A DNA stretch of 64,000 nt. It comes from an uncultured Chloroflexia bacterium. GTDB taxonomy: Bacteria; Chloroflexota; Limnocylindria; Limnocylindrales; CSP1-4. Below the pieces are notes generated by a model. It saw only the letters and a program-made list of their open reading frames with translations. It made no database searches and was not told the origin of the DNA. Below are positions 54,001-63,754 of the stretch, piece after piece (position 1 is the stretch's first letter; each line of letters opens with the position of its first letter). A program made the translations under genes and the position numbers. The DNA lies in NCBI GenBank assembly GCA_963736545.1, contig CAVTPA010000001.1, positions 3,372,734 to 3,436,733 on the forward strand. Direction: 5' to 3'.

Positions 54001-55695
54001 GCCACCGGGGCCCAGCCGCCGCCCGGAACCCCGGCGGCGTTCCTCGGCGAGACGCGCGACGCGCTCGGCGGCCTCCTGTCCCGCTGGGCGCGCACCCACG
54101 GGCCGTTCCTCGCCGCGGAGCCGGCCCGCCGCTGGGGGCTGCCGGTCGGGATCGTCGAGGAGGCGCTCTCGCGCCTCGTCGAGGCCGGATCGCTCCTGCG
54201 GGGCGAGTTCCGGCCGGGCGGCGCGGAGCGGGAGTGGTGCGACCCGGACGTCCTCCGCGTCCTGCGGCGGCGGTCGCTGGCGCGGCTGCGACGCGAGGTG
54301 GAGCCCGTCGAGGCGGCCGCCCTTGCGCGCTTCCTGCCGGCCTGGCAGGGCGTGGCCCCGGCGCCGGTCCCGGGGACGGTGGGAGCGGACGTCCCGGCAC
54401 CCCTCCGGGGCCAGGCGGCCCTCGAGCGCCTTGCCGAGGTCGTCGACCAGCTGGCCGGCGTCGCGATCCCCGCGTCGGTGCTCGAGCGGGACATCCTGCC
54501 GGCCCGCATCCCCGGCTACCAGCCGCGCCTCCTCGACGAGCTCGGGTCGCTCGGCGAAGTCGCCTGGGTCGGCTGCGGGCCGCTCGGGCGCGACGATGGG
54601 CGGCTCGCCCTGTTCCGACCGGGCCGCGGCGACGTCCTCCGTGCCGCCCTCGCCGCGGGCGGGGCCGCGACGTCCGCGCCGGACGGGGAGCGGCACGCCG
54701 CCATCCGGTCGTGGCTCGAGCGTCGCGGCGCCTCGTTCTACCGCGAGCTGTTCGTCGCCGCCGGCGGGCGCTCCGACCGCGAGGTGCTCGACGCCCTGTG
54801 GGATCTCGTCTGGGCCGGCGAGGTCACGAACGACACGTTCGCGCCCCTGCGGGCGCTCCGCTGGAAGCGCCCCGGCGGCGACCGGCGACCGAGGCCCGGG
54901 CGCCTCGCGACACTCGGGCCGCCGGAGGCCGCGGGCCGCTGGTCGCTCGTCGGGCCGCCCGCGGCCGGCGGCGGGGCGGGCGATGACGGCGGCGGCGTGG
55001 GCGACGGCGGCGCCCTCGCGGGCACGGCGCCGCTGCTCCCGCCGGTCGTTCCGGGTGGGCCGTCCGCCACGGAGCGACTCCACGCCCAGGCCCTCGTGCT
55101 GCTGGATCGCCACGGCGTCCTCACCCGCGAAGCGGTCGTCGCCGAGGGCGTGGCGGGAGGGTTCGCGGGCGTCTACCCGGTCCTGCGGGCGCTCGAGGAG
55201 GCCGGCCGGATCCGGCGCGGCTACTTCGTGGATGGGCTCGGCGCCGCCCAGTTCGCCCTCGCCGGTGCGATCGACCGCCTGCGAGGGTTCCGGGAGCCGG
55301 ACCCCGGGCGGCCGCGCGTCGACCTGCTGGCGGCCGCCGACCCGGCCCAGCCGTACGGCGCGGCGCTGGCCTGGCCCCGTCGCGGCGACGATGACCGGCG
55401 CCCGTTCGCCCGTGCCGCCGGCGCCTCCGTCGTCCTCGTCGATGGGGCCGCCGTGCTCTACGTGGAGCGCGGGGGGAAGGGCCTCGCGACGTTCCCGGCG
55501 GCGGACGACGCCGAGCAGGCCGCGCTCGCCCTGGCCGCCCTTGCCGGCCTCGTCGGCGAGGGGAGGCTGCGCGAGCTCGTCCTCGCCCGGGTCGACGGGG
55601 CGCCGCTCGGTCCGGAGCACCCCTGGCGCGCGCGCCTCGCCGCGGCCGGGTTCGTGCCCGGGTACCGGGGGATGACCCTGCGGACGCGACGCTGA
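51004..55695 (+). CDS. lhr: Lhr family ATP-dependent helicase (long form)
   Basis: APTGSGKT, DEVH, SAT, HHGS, QRIGRAGH, LPFWKGD, C-terminal RRGYFVDGLGAAQFA. Confidence 0.95.
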   Translation: MARRSDPPQGPAATAFAEDPLARFGPPVAAWFKAAFAAPTRAQVEGWAAIAGGGHVLIHAPTGSGKTLAAFLWGLDRLVGSPAPPRTAAGGASVRILYVSPLKALTYDVERNLRAPLAGIALAGQRLGTPVRPVAIASRTGDTPADERRALAKAPPEILITTPESLYLLLTSAARETLRGVEAVIVDEVHAIAGTKRGAHLALSLERLEHLRGPGAPPLQQIGLSATQRPLETIGRFLAGVGPGREVTIVDAGSRKRLDLRVVVPVEDMSRLGEALPLEEQPGGPVAGGEMRVSIWPAIHPRILELIRAHRSTLVFVNSRRLAERLAQRLNELAGEDLVRAHHGSVAREQRVAIEEALKEGRLPALVATSSLELGIDMGAIDLVIQVESPTSVARGLQRIGRAGHQVDEVSTGVIFPKYRGDLVECAVVAERMREGLIETTAIPRNPLDVLAQQLVAMAVGDSWTVDEIQAVVTRAFPFETLTREALEGVLAMLAGAYPSDEFAELRPRLVWDRVADTIEGRRDARVVAVTSGGTIPDRGLYGVFVVGEAGTPGRRVGELDEEMVYELRAGMHGDVIVLGASSWRVAEITPDRVLVQPAPGEPGKLPFWKGDAVGRPIELGRALGAFVREVEADLGRGATGRAAALARLREQHHLDELAAENLVAYLEDERQAAGTLPTDRRIVVERFRDELGDWRLVILSPFGGRVHAPWAMAIEARLRERLGAEVASIWSDDGIAIRLPDGDLEGVEDDLFPDADGVEDLVVAAVGGTALFAARFRENAARALLLPRRRPGTRTPLWQQRQRAADLLAVASRYGSFPILVETYRECLADVFDLPALRDVLAGVARRDVAVHRVETPRATPFASSLLFDYVAAYMYEGDAPLAERRAQALALDRDLLRELLGQEELRELLDPAALEETELERQALVDERKAGSVDQVADLLRRLGDLAEEEVAARTRGGPAAAREWLETLAATRRAVAVRVAGEPRWIAVEDAARYRDATGAQPPPGTPAAFLGETRDALGGLLSRWARTHGPFLAAEPARRWGLPVGIVEEALSRLVEAGSLLRGEFRPGGAEREWCDPDVLRVLRRRSLARLRREVEPVEAAALARFLPAWQGVAPAPVPGTVGADVPAPLRGQAALERLAEVVDQLAGVAIPASVLERDILPARIPGYQPRLLDELGSLGEVAWVGCGPLGRDDGRLALFRPGRGDVLRAALAAGGAATSAPDGERHAAIRSWLERRGASFYRELFVAAGGRSDREVLDALWDLVWAGEVTNDTFAPLRALRWKRPGGDRRPRPGRLATLGPPEAAGRWSLVGPPAAGGGAGDDGGGVGDGGALAGTAPLLPPVVPGGPSATERLHAQALVLLDRHGVLTREAVVAEGVAGGFAGVYPVLRALEEAGRIRRGYFVDGLGAAQFALAGAIDRLRGFREPDPGRPRVDLLAAADPAQPYGAALAWPRRGDDDRRPFARAAGASVVLVDGAAVLYVERGGKGLATFPAADDAEQAALALAALAGLVGEGRLRELVLARVDGAPLGPEHPWRARLAAAGFVPGYRGMTLRTRR

Positions 55696-55767
55696 GCCGG
55701 ACCCGGCGGCGGCTCCCGTGCGGCCCGCGTGCACGGTAAGGTACGGTCACGCCATGGCTGCACATCG

Positions 55768-56976
55768 ATGACCCCGGTGCCCGAGCCGACAGGAGCCGCC
55801 CCGACGTTGCTGCTTCCCGAGGGCACGCTTCTGCTGCATGTCGGACCGCCGAAGACCGGCACGACGTCGCTCCAGGGGGCGTTCCACGGCAACCGGGAGG
55901 CGCTCCTGGCGCAGGGCGTGCGCTACGCGGGCAGCGCCCGCCACTCCCGCCGCGCCGTCTACGCGGCCGCGCGGCGCCCGGAGTTCCACCATGAGCAGGA
56001 GCCGCCGCCGCTCCGCCTGTGGACGAGCCTCCTCGGCGAGATCCGCGGCGCGCGGGAGCCGCGGATCGTGCTCAGCAGCGAGATCTTCGCCGACGCGGCG
56101 GCGGAGGCGATCCCGAGGATCGTCGCCGACCTCGACCCGTCCCGCGTCCACGTCGTCGTCACCCTGCGCCCGCTGGCCCGGATCCTCTCCTCCCAGTGGC
56201 AGCAGTCCGTCCGCGGCGGCCTTCGCACCCCGTTCGACGCGTGGCTCCGGAGCGTGCTCGAGAACCCCGGCACCTCGAGAGACCTCTTCTGGCACCGCCA
56301 CCGCCACGATCGCCTGGTCGCCCGCTGGGCCGACACGGTCGGCAGCGACCGGACGACGGTCGTCGTGGTCGACGAGCGGGACCACGGGCTCGTGCTGCGC
56401 GTGTTCGAGCAGCTGCTCGGACTCCGCGAGGGGACGCTCGTCGCCGAACAGGACCGGGCGAACCGCTCGATGACCCTGCCGGAGGTCGAGGCCGTGCGCG
56501 CCTTCAACGGCGCCCTGAAGGCCGAGGGCCTCGGCGGCGACGTGCTGCACGAGGTCAGCCCGTTCGCGATGCACATGAAGGACCGTGAGCCCGGGCCCGA
56601 TGAGCCGCGGATCGAGACGCCCCAGTGGGCCCTCGACCTGGCGACCGAGATCGCGACCGAGATGGTGGCGACCATCGCGGCCTCCGGCGTCCGCGTCGTC
56701 GGCGACCTCGACAGCCTCGCGGCGCCCCGCCGCAGCGGGATCGCCGGGGATCGCCAGCCGGATCCGTGCATCCCACCCGACGTCGCCGCCTCGCTCGCGA
56801 TGGGCGTCCTCGTCGGCAGCGGGATGGCGCGTCGCGACGGGCGCCAGGCCGATGTGTCGATCGAGGCCCCCGAGCTCAGCCGGATCCCGACCCGCCGCCT
56901 TGCCGGCGCCCTCGCCAGGCGGACCCGGGCAGCGGGGCTCGCGCGGCTGCGCCGGGCCGGCCGGCGGCTCCCCTGA
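55768..56976 (+). CDS. P-loop sulfotransferase-like protein 1
   Basis: LHVGPPKTGTTSLQ (5'-PSB-like), VLSSE, TLRP...SQWQQ, NRS. Confidence 0.65.
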   Translation: MTPVPEPTGAAPTLLLPEGTLLLHVGPPKTGTTSLQGAFHGNREALLAQGVRYAGSARHSRRAVYAAARRPEFHHEQEPPPLRLWTSLLGEIRGAREPRIVLSSEIFADAAAEAIPRIVADLDPSRVHVVVTLRPLARILSSQWQQSVRGGLRTPFDAWLRSVLENPGTSRDLFWHRHRHDRLVARWADTVGSDRTTVVVVDERDHGLVLRVFEQLLGLREGTLVAEQDRANRSMTLPEVEAVRAFNGALKAEGLGGDVLHEVSPFAMHMKDREPGPDEPRIETPQWALDLATEIATEMVATIAASGVRVVGDLDSLAAPRRSGIAGDRQPDPCIPPDVAASLAMGVLVGSGMARRDGRQADVSIEAPELSRIPTRRLAGALARRTRAAGLARLRRAGRRLP

Positions 56977-56990
56977 GCGGACGTCGATCC

Positions 56991-58190
56991 ATGGCCCACG
57001 GAACGGAACCCGCAGCACTTCCCCTGCCGAGCGGGAGCCGCCTCGTTCACATCGGTCCCCACAAGACGGGTACGACGGCGCTCCAGAGCGCGTTCCACGC
57101 GGCACGCGACGACCTCCTGGCCCAGGGTGTCCGCTACGCCGGCCGCGGTCGCCACCCGATGTCCGCGGTGCTCGCGGTGAGCGGGCGCCCGTCGGTCACC
57201 GACGCCGAGCCGCCCCCGATCAAGCTGTGGACGAGCCTGCTCGGGGAGGTCCGCGGCGCCACCGAGCCGCGGGTGGTCCTCAGCAGCGAGTTCTTCGCCG
57301 ACGCCCCGCCCGAGGCGATCTCCCGGATCGTCGCCGACCTCGATCGGGCCCGGGTCCAGGTGGTGGTGACGCTGCGCCCGCTGGCGCGGATCCTGGCCTC
57401 CCAGTGGCAGCAGCACGTCCAGGGCGGGATGCAGCAGCCCTTCGACGCCTGGCTGGCATCGACGTTCGCGGCCCACGACCGGGGAACCGCGACGTTGTTC
57501 TGGCGCCGCCACCGGCACGACGCCCTTGTCGAGCGCTGGGCCGAGGTCGTCGGGCGAGAACGGGTCACGGTGGTCGTCGTCGACGAGCGCGACCACGCGT
57601 TCCTGCTGCGGTCGTTCGAGCGCCTCGTCGGGGTTCGGGAGGGAACGCTCGTCGCCGTTCCCGACCGCTCGAACCGCTCGCTCACCCTGCCCGAGGTGGA
57701 GGCGCTCCGTGCCTTCAACGTCGCCTACAAGGTGGAGGACCTGGGCAAGGCCGTCTATGCGAAGGCGATCCGGTTCGGTGCGGCGCGCTACCTGCGGGAG
57801 CGCGAGCCGGCACCCGACGAGCCTCGCGTCGAGACGCCCCAGTGGGCCCTCGACCGGGCCGTCGAGATCTCCACCGGGATGGTGGCCGGCATCGCTGCGG
57901 CGGGTGTCCGGATCGTCGGCGACCTCGACAGCCTCGCGGCGCCGCAGCGGAGCCGCCTGGCCGGGGCGCAGCAGCCCGTTCCCTGCATCCCACCGGAGAT
58001 CGCCGCCCGGCTGGCCATGGGGATCGTCATCTCGAGCGGACTGGCCCGGCGGTCGACGAAGGGCGCGGTGCGCCACGTGGAGCCGTCCGAGCTGGCGCGC
58101 GTGCCGACCCGGGACCTCGCGTCGATCCTCGCCCGGCGGGCCCGCGGGGCCGTTCTCCGCCGCGTCCGCCCGCGACGTCCGGTCGCCTGA
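56991..58190 (+). CDS. P-loop sulfotransferase-like protein 2 (tandem paralog)
   Basis: VHIGPHKTGTTALQ, VLSSEFF, TLRPLARILASQWQQ. Colinear with the upstream paralog. Confidence 0.65.
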   Translation: MAHGTEPAALPLPSGSRLVHIGPHKTGTTALQSAFHAARDDLLAQGVRYAGRGRHPMSAVLAVSGRPSVTDAEPPPIKLWTSLLGEVRGATEPRVVLSSEFFADAPPEAISRIVADLDRARVQVVVTLRPLARILASQWQQHVQGGMQQPFDAWLASTFAAHDRGTATLFWRRHRHDALVERWAEVVGRERVTVVVVDERDHAFLLRSFERLVGVREGTLVAVPDRSNRSLTLPEVEALRAFNVAYKVEDLGKAVYAKAIRFGAARYLREREPAPDEPRVETPQWALDRAVEISTGMVAGIAAAGVRIVGDLDSLAAPQRSRLAGAQQPVPCIPPEIAARLAMGIVISSGLARRSTKGAVRHVEPSELARVPTRDLASILARRARGAVLRRVRPRRPVA

Positions 58191-58208
58191 GCGGCGCCGG
58201 CCTCGCCT

Positions 58209-59582
58209 TCAGGGGGCGGGCTGGCCGGTCTCCCCGAGCCGGCGGTCCAGCGCCTCGCGGACCATCCGCACGGCGTCGCCGACGTCCGTGTCGGTCGTGT
58301 CGACCACGACGTCGGCATCGTCGGGGGTCTCGTACGGCGACGAGATGCCGGTGAAGTCCGGGAGCTGGCCGGCGCGTGCCCGGGCGTAGAGCCCCTTCCG
58401 GTCGCGGGCCTCGCAGACCTCGAGCGGCGTGCTGACGTGGACCAGCACGAACGCGCCGCGTCGCTCGGCGACCTCGCGGGCCCAGCGGCGGCTCGCCGCG
58501 AAGGGCGCGATCGGAGCCGCGATCGCGATCCCGCCGTGGGCCGCGACGAGCGAGGCGACGAAGGCGATCCGCCGGACGTTCGTCTCCCGCGAGGCCGCGT
58601 CGAAGCCGAGCTCGCTCGAGAGATGCTGGCGAACTTCGTCGCCGTCGAGGAGCGTCACCTCGCGCCCGCCGCCGTCGAGGAGATCCTCCACGAGGGCTCG
58701 CGCGATCGTCGACTTGCCGGAGCCCGACAGGCCGCTGAAGAGCACGACGGCGCCCCGCGGGCGGGCGCCTCGCGATGCCCGGAGGACCTCGTGGGCGGCG
58801 CCCGGCGGATAGACGGCCCCGACCGCGCGCTCCCGGGCGCTCGAGAGGGCCACGATGCGCTCCCGTTCGGCGGGGCTGCGGAGCTCGCGCACCGTGACGA
58901 GCGCGAGCGCGCCGTGGGCCGCGAGGACGTCCGCGAGGTCGAGCTCCCCGGTGCCGACGACGCGGCGACGCACGGGCGCGTCGTCGCGACCGTTCGGGCC
59001 GGCCGGCCACGGCACGACGAGCGGCGGGGCCGCCGGCCCGGGACGAACGCCGGCGAGCGACGCCGCGAGCTCGCGGGCGACGCGGGTGAGCCCCGCCCAG
59101 CCGACCTCGCCGGCGGCCCGATGGCGGCGCGACGCGGCAACGACGACGAGGTGCGGCCCGCCCGCGTCCTTCAGGCGGCCTCGAACGGCCGCGACGTCGC
59201 CCAGCGTGGGCACGTCGTCGACGACGACGGCGAGCACCGGCGCGCTCGGGGCGAAGGATCCACCGACGGCCGGCGGGCGCCGAAGCAACGGATCCCACTG
59301 CGGGCCCGTGCCGTGGGCCAGCGGCCGCAGCGCGCGGACGCTTCCGCCCGGCTGCACGTGCGCGAGCGGCGTGCGCTCCGCGTCGGTGAGGACGGCCGGC
59401 CCGTGCGGCACGCCGGGCAGCGGCGGCAGGGCGGGCAGGGCCCCGGTCAGCACGAGCTCGAGGACGTCGAGGCCGTCCTCGTCGAGGGCCACGTGCGGCA
59501 GGTCCGCGAGGGCCGCCAGGTCGCCGGGAGCCGGCACGTCGCCGGCAGCCGCCACGTCGCCGCGCTCCGGCGGGGCGTTCAC
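58209..59582 (-). CDS. cysC: Adenylyl-sulfate kinase with a degenerate N-terminal ATP-sulfurylase-like region
   Basis: [33 protein letters not shown]-terminal Sat-like residue pattern without QTRN/HxxH. Confidence 0.88.
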   Translation of the reverse strand: MNAPPERGDVAAAGDVPAPGDLAALADLPHVALDEDGLDVLELVLTGALPALPPLPGVPHGPAVLTDAERTPLAHVQPGGSVRALRPLAHGTGPQWDPLLRRPPAVGGSFAPSAPVLAVVVDDVPTLGDVAAVRGRLKDAGGPHLVVVAASRRHRAAGEVGWAGLTRVARELAASLAGVRPGPAAPPLVVPWPAGPNGRDDAPVRRRVVGTGELDLADVLAAHGALALVTVRELRSPAERERIVALSSARERAVGAVYPPGAAHEVLRASRGARPRGAVVLFSGLSGSGKSTIARALVEDLLDGGGREVTLLDGDEVRQHLSSELGFDAASRETNVRRIAFVASLVAAHGGIAIAAPIAPFAASRRWAREVAERRGAFVLVHVSTPLEVCEARDRKGLYARARAGQLPDFTGISSPYETPDDADVVVDTTDTDVGDAVRMVREALDRRLGETGQPAP

Positions 59583-60562
59583 GCCGGGGTCTCGAGGTCG
59601 GGCACCGGGGCATCGACACGGCGCGTGACGGGAGGCCCGACCGCCGGGGGCCGGATGGCGCCCGCCATCGCCCGGCGCCCGAGGTAGTCCCGCATGACGA
59701 GGAAGGCCACCGTCACGGTCACGAAGGCCGCGGCGGTCGCGACCACGACCCACTCGGTCGGGACGCCGAGGAGCTTGAGGCCGGTCGCGAAGAGGAGGAT
59801 CGCGAGGATGCGGCGGATGATCCCGCCGGGGGCGCGGCTCGAGGCCTGGGCGCCGAGCCACGCGCCCGGGACGGCGCCGACGAGGAGCGAGGTCGCGACC
59901 GTGAAGGAGAAGTCGCCGAACAGGAGGTGGCCGGCGGCGGCGGCGGCGACGAGCGGGACCGCCTGGGCGAGGTCCGTTCCGACGAGCTGGGAGGCCTTGA
60001 GGGCGGGGTACATGAGGAGGAGGACGACGATGATGACCGACCCCGCGCCCACCGAGGTCATGCCCACCATGAACCCGGCGACCGCGCCGAGGAGCACGGT
60101 CGGCAGCGGGCGGATGACGAGCCGCGGGGGCCGCGTCGGCCGCGCCGGGCCCTCGCCGAGCGGCAGGTGATTGCGCCACATCTGGAGCACGGCGCGGACG
60201 ACCAGCCCCGTGGTCGCGGTGAGGAGCGCGACGCCGAGGATGCTCTTCAGGACGCCGTCGAGGTCGAGGCCGGCCGGCAGCGTGCTGACGAACCACGCGC
60301 CGGCGAACGCCGCGGGCATCGAGCCCAGGCAGAGCCACCCGACGAGACGCAGCTCGACCGTTCCGTGGCGCAGGTGGACGGCCGCTCCGGCCGGCTTCAT
60401 CAGCAGGCTCACCACGATGTCGCTCGAGATCGCGGTGAGCGGGTTGACGTTGAACACGAAGACGAGCATCGGCGTCATGAGCGCGCCGCCACCCATCCCC
60501 GTCAGGCCGACGATAATGCCGACGAGCAGGCCCGCGATCGCAAGCGGGGCGTCGAAGGTCAT
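59579..60562 (-). CDS. Sulfite exporter TauE/SafE (TSUP) family protein
   Basis: [29 protein letters not shown]. Confidence 0.9.
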   Translation of the reverse strand: MTFDAPLAIAGLLVGIIVGLTGMGGGALMTPMLVFVFNVNPLTAISSDIVVSLLMKPAGAAVHLRHGTVELRLVGWLCLGSMPAAFAGAWFVSTLPAGLDLDGVLKSILGVALLTATTGLVVRAVLQMWRNHLPLGEGPARPTRPPRLVIRPLPTVLLGAVAGFMVGMTSVGAGSVIIVVLLLMYPALKASQLVGTDLAQAVPLVAAAAAGHLLFGDFSFTVATSLLVGAVPGAWLGAQASSRAPGGIIRRILAILLFATGLKLLGVPTEWVVVATAAAFVTVTVAFLVMRDYLGRRAMAGAIRPPAVGPPVTRRVDAPVPDLETPA

Positions 60563-60680
60563 CTGGCCCGCGGCGCAGGCGCGGGGGCGGATCGCATGCC
60601 TGACATGAAACGATGATACCGTCCACCGTCGGCCGGGCTTGCCGGGCCGACCCCACGCCCCGCTGGATCGAACCGACTGG

Positions 60681-61565
60681 ATGACCCGTGACGCCCACGA
60701 CCTCGATCGCGTGAGAGAGACCACGCCCGACCACCGCCTCCCCGGCGCCGACGCCCGGCTCGCCGCCGCCCTCGCGGACGCGGCCGGATCCCTGCTCCGT
60801 GACCTGCACGGGCAGGTCGACGCGGGCACCCGTTCCGGCGCGATCGACGACCTCCGCCGCGCCGGCGACGCCACCTCGCACGCGTACCTCGCCGCCGCGC
60901 TCGGGCGCGAGCGGCCGGGCGACGCCGTGCTGTCGGAGGAGGGTGCCGACGACCCGAGCCGTCTCGCGGCGGACCGCGTCTGGATCGTCGACCCGCTCGA
61001 CGGCACCCGCGAGTTCGCCGAGCGGACGCTCGACGGGGGCTGGCGCGACGACTTCGCCGTCCACGTCGCCCTCTGGCAGCGCGGCGCCGGGCTCACCGAC
61101 GCGGCCGTCGGCCTGCCGGCCCGCGGGATCGTGCTCCGGTCGGACGACCCGCCGCGTCCCTCGGACCCGGCCGCGGCCGACGTCCTGGCCGGGCGTCGCC
61201 CGCTGCGGGTCGCGGTCAGCCGGACCCGCCCGCCGGCGGTGGCCCGCCGCCTCGGCGAGCGCCCCGACGTCGAGCTCGTGCCGATGGGCTCCACCGGCGC
61301 GAAGGTCGCCGCCGTCGTCGAGGGGACCGTGGACGCGTACGTTCACGGCGGCGGCCAGTACGAGTGGGACTCGGCGGCGCCCGTCGCGGTGGCCCGTGCG
61401 GGCGGCTTCGTCGCCACGCGCCTCGACGGGTCGCCGATCGAGTACAACCGACCCGACCCGTGGTCGCCGGACCTCCTCGTCTGCCACCCGGCACTCCACG
61501 ACCGGTTGCGCGCCCTCCTCGCGGTCGTCGGGCCCGTTCCCGAGGAGGCGGGGTCCCGCCGATGA
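60681..61565 (+). CDS. cysQ: 3'(2'),5'-bisphosphate nucleotidase
   Basis: [29 protein letters not shown]. Confidence 0.9.
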   Translation: MTRDAHDLDRVRETTPDHRLPGADARLAAALADAAGSLLRDLHGQVDAGTRSGAIDDLRRAGDATSHAYLAAALGRERPGDAVLSEEGADDPSRLAADRVWIVDPLDGTREFAERTLDGGWRDDFAVHVALWQRGAGLTDAAVGLPARGIVLRSDDPPRPSDPAAADVLAGRRPLRVAVSRTRPPAVARRLGERPDVELVPMGSTGAKVAAVVEGTVDAYVHGGGQYEWDSAAPVAVARAGGFVATRLDGSPIEYNRPDPWSPDLLVCHPALHDRLRALLAVVGPVPEEAGSRR

Positions 61566-62465
61566 CGACGCACACCCTCAGCCACACCGCCAACCTCGAG
61601 GCGGAGAGCATCCACATCTTCCGCGAGGTTGCCGCCGAGATGCAGCGCCCCGCGCTCCTCTTCTCGGGCGGCAAGGACTCGATCGTGATGCTCAACATCG
61701 CGCGGAAGGCCTTCGCCCCGGCGCGAATCCCATTCGCCGTCATGCACGTCGACACGGGCCTCAACTTCCCCTCGATCCTGGCCTTCCGCGACCGCTGGGT
61801 GGAGCGGCTCGGGCTCACGCTCGTGGTCGCCTCTGTCCAGGACGCCATCGACCGCGGCATCGTCCGCGAGGAGCCGAACGGGTCGCGGAACCGGATCCAG
61901 ACGCCGGTCCTGCTCGAGGCCACGGAGCGGCACGGCTTCGACGCGCTCTTCGGCGGCGGCCGGCGGGACGAGGAGAAGGCCCGCGCCAAGGAGCGTGTCT
62001 TCTCGTTTCGCGACGAGTTCGGCCAGTGGGACCCGAAGAACCAGCGGCCGGAGATCTGGAGCCTCTACAACAGCCGCGTCTTCCCCGGCGAGCACATCCG
62101 GATCTTCCCCCTGTCGAACTGGACCGAGCTCGACGTGTGGAACTACATCGCCGACCAGGAGATCGAGATCCCCGAGCTCTACCTGGCCGCCGAGCGCGAG
62201 GTCGTCGAGCGGGGCGGCATGCTCTACGGCGTCAACGAGTTCATCCGGCCCCGGCCCGGCGAGCAGACGTTCGTCCGCAGAGGTGCGCTACCGCACGATC
62301 GGCGACGCGAACCTGACCGCCGCCGTGGAGTCCGACGCCGACACGGTCGCGAAGATCGTCGAGGAGATCGCGACGGTCCGGATCACGGAGCGCGGCGCGA
62401 CCCGCGGCGACGACAAGGTCAGCGAGGCGGCCATGGAAGATCGCAAGAAGGAGGGCTACTTCTGA
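61562..62465 (+). CDS. cysD: Sulfate adenylyltransferase subunit 2, frameshift near 62280
   Basis: [39 protein letters not shown], end [10 protein letters not shown] in another frame. Confidence 0.92.
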
Positions 62466-63730
62466 TGCCCGGCGATCTCCTCCGCTTCGCCACCGCCGGC
62501 TCGGTCGACGACGGCAAGAGCACGCTCATCGGGCGCCTGCTCTACGACTCGAAGTCGCTGTTCATCGACCAGCTGGAGGCCGTCGAGCGCGTCAGCCGCG
62601 ATCGCGGCAACGACTACACCGACCTCGCCCTCCTCACCGACGGCCTGCGGGCCGAGCGGGAGCAGGGGATCACGATCGACGTCGCCTACCGCTACTTCGC
62701 GACGCCGCGCCGCAAGTTCATCATCGCCGACACCCCCGGGCACATCCAGTACACCCGGAACATGGTGACCGGCGCCTCGACCGCGGACGTTGCCCTCATC
62801 CTCCTCGACGCCCGCCGCGGGATCACCGAGCAGAGCCGACGCCACGCCTTCCTCGCCTCGCTGCTCGGCGTGCCCCACCTCGTCGTCTGCGTCAACAAGA
62901 TGGATCTCGTCGACTACGCCGAGGAGGTCTTCGAGGCGATCCGCGCGGAGTTCGGCGACTTTGCCACCCGCCTGCGGGTCCGCGACATGAACTTCATCCC
63001 GGTCTCCGCGCTCCACGGCGACAACGTCGTCACGCGCTCGGCGAACATGCCGTGGTACGAGGGGACGACGCTCCTCAGCCACCTCGAGCACCTTCACGTG
63101 GCGAGCGACCGCAACCTCGTCGACGTTCGCTTCCCCGTCCAGTACGTCGTGCGGCCGCAGTCGTTCGAGGTCATCGACTTCCGCGGCTACGCCGGGACGG
63201 TCGCCTCCGGCGTGCTGAAGCCGGGCGACCCGGTGATGGCCCTGCCGAGCGGCCTCGAGACGACGATCGCCTCGATCCGGACGTCGGACGGGCCGATCGA
63301 CGAGGCCTACCCCCCGATGGCGGTGACGATCACCCTTGCCGACGACATCGACATCAGTCGCGGCGACATGCTCTGCCGGCCCCACAACCTGCCGGCGGTG
63401 ACCCAGGACGTCGACGCGCTCGTCTGCTGGATGGACGAGAGCGCGACCCTGGCGAAGGGCCGCAAGTACGCGATCAAGCACACCACGCGCTGGGCGCGCG
63501 CGGTCGTCCGCGACCTCGCCTACCGCGTGGACGTCAACACGCTCCACCGCGACGAGGAGGCCGAGGAGCTCGTCCTCAACGAGATCGGGCGCGTGCAGCT
63601 GCGGGTCACCCAGCCGCTCTTCGTCGACACGTACCAGCAGAACCGGCAGACGGGCTCGTTCATCCTCGTCGACGAGGGCACGAACAAGACGGTCGGGGCC
63701 GGGATGATCGCCCGCACCGTCGCCCAGTAG
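62465..63730 (+). CDS. cysN: Sulfate adenylyltransferase subunit 1 (GTPase)
   Basis: GSVDDGKSTLIGRLL, EREQGITIDVAYRYF, DTPGH, NKMD. Confidence 0.95.
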   Translation: MPGDLLRFATAGSVDDGKSTLIGRLLYDSKSLFIDQLEAVERVSRDRGNDYTDLALLTDGLRAEREQGITIDVAYRYFATPRRKFIIADTPGHIQYTRNMVTGASTADVALILLDARRGITEQSRRHAFLASLLGVPHLVVCVNKMDLVDYAEEVFEAIRAEFGDFATRLRVRDMNFIPVSALHGDNVVTRSANMPWYEGTTLLSHLEHLHVASDRNLVDVRFPVQYVVRPQSFEVIDFRGYAGTVASGVLKPGDPVMALPSGLETTIASIRTSDGPIDEAYPPMAVTITLADDIDISRGDMLCRPHNLPAVTQDVDALVCWMDESATLAKGRKYAIKHTTRWARAVVRDLAYRVDVNTLHRDEEAEELVLNEIGRVQLRVTQPLFVDTYQQNRQTGSFILVDEGTNKTVGAGMIARTVAQ

Positions 63731-63754
63731 CGCGGCCGCCCGCCCCAACCCGCG

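Noticed and set aside
50269-55695. 1808-aa DoxX-Lhr fusion ORF
   Set aside because: A frameshift near 50530 joins the frames. DoxX ends at 50839, a hairpin follows, and lhr has its own -10 and GTG at 51004.
50911-55734. Long antisense ORFs (e.g. 1607 aa opposite lhr, 906 aa opposite the mutase, 727 aa opposite the cyclase)
   Set aside because: Shadow ORFs expected at very high GC, with no recognisable motifs.
58209-61499. 1096-aa CysC ORF and other extended N-termini in the ORF track
   Set aside because: The upstream part overlaps the TSUP and cysQ genes. The true start is the GTG at 59582, coupled to the TSUP stop.
61364-63730. 788-aa CysD-CysN fusion ORF
   Set aside because: A frameshift near 62280 causes it. 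The canonical CysD end (KKEGYF) and TGATG coupling to cysN are present.
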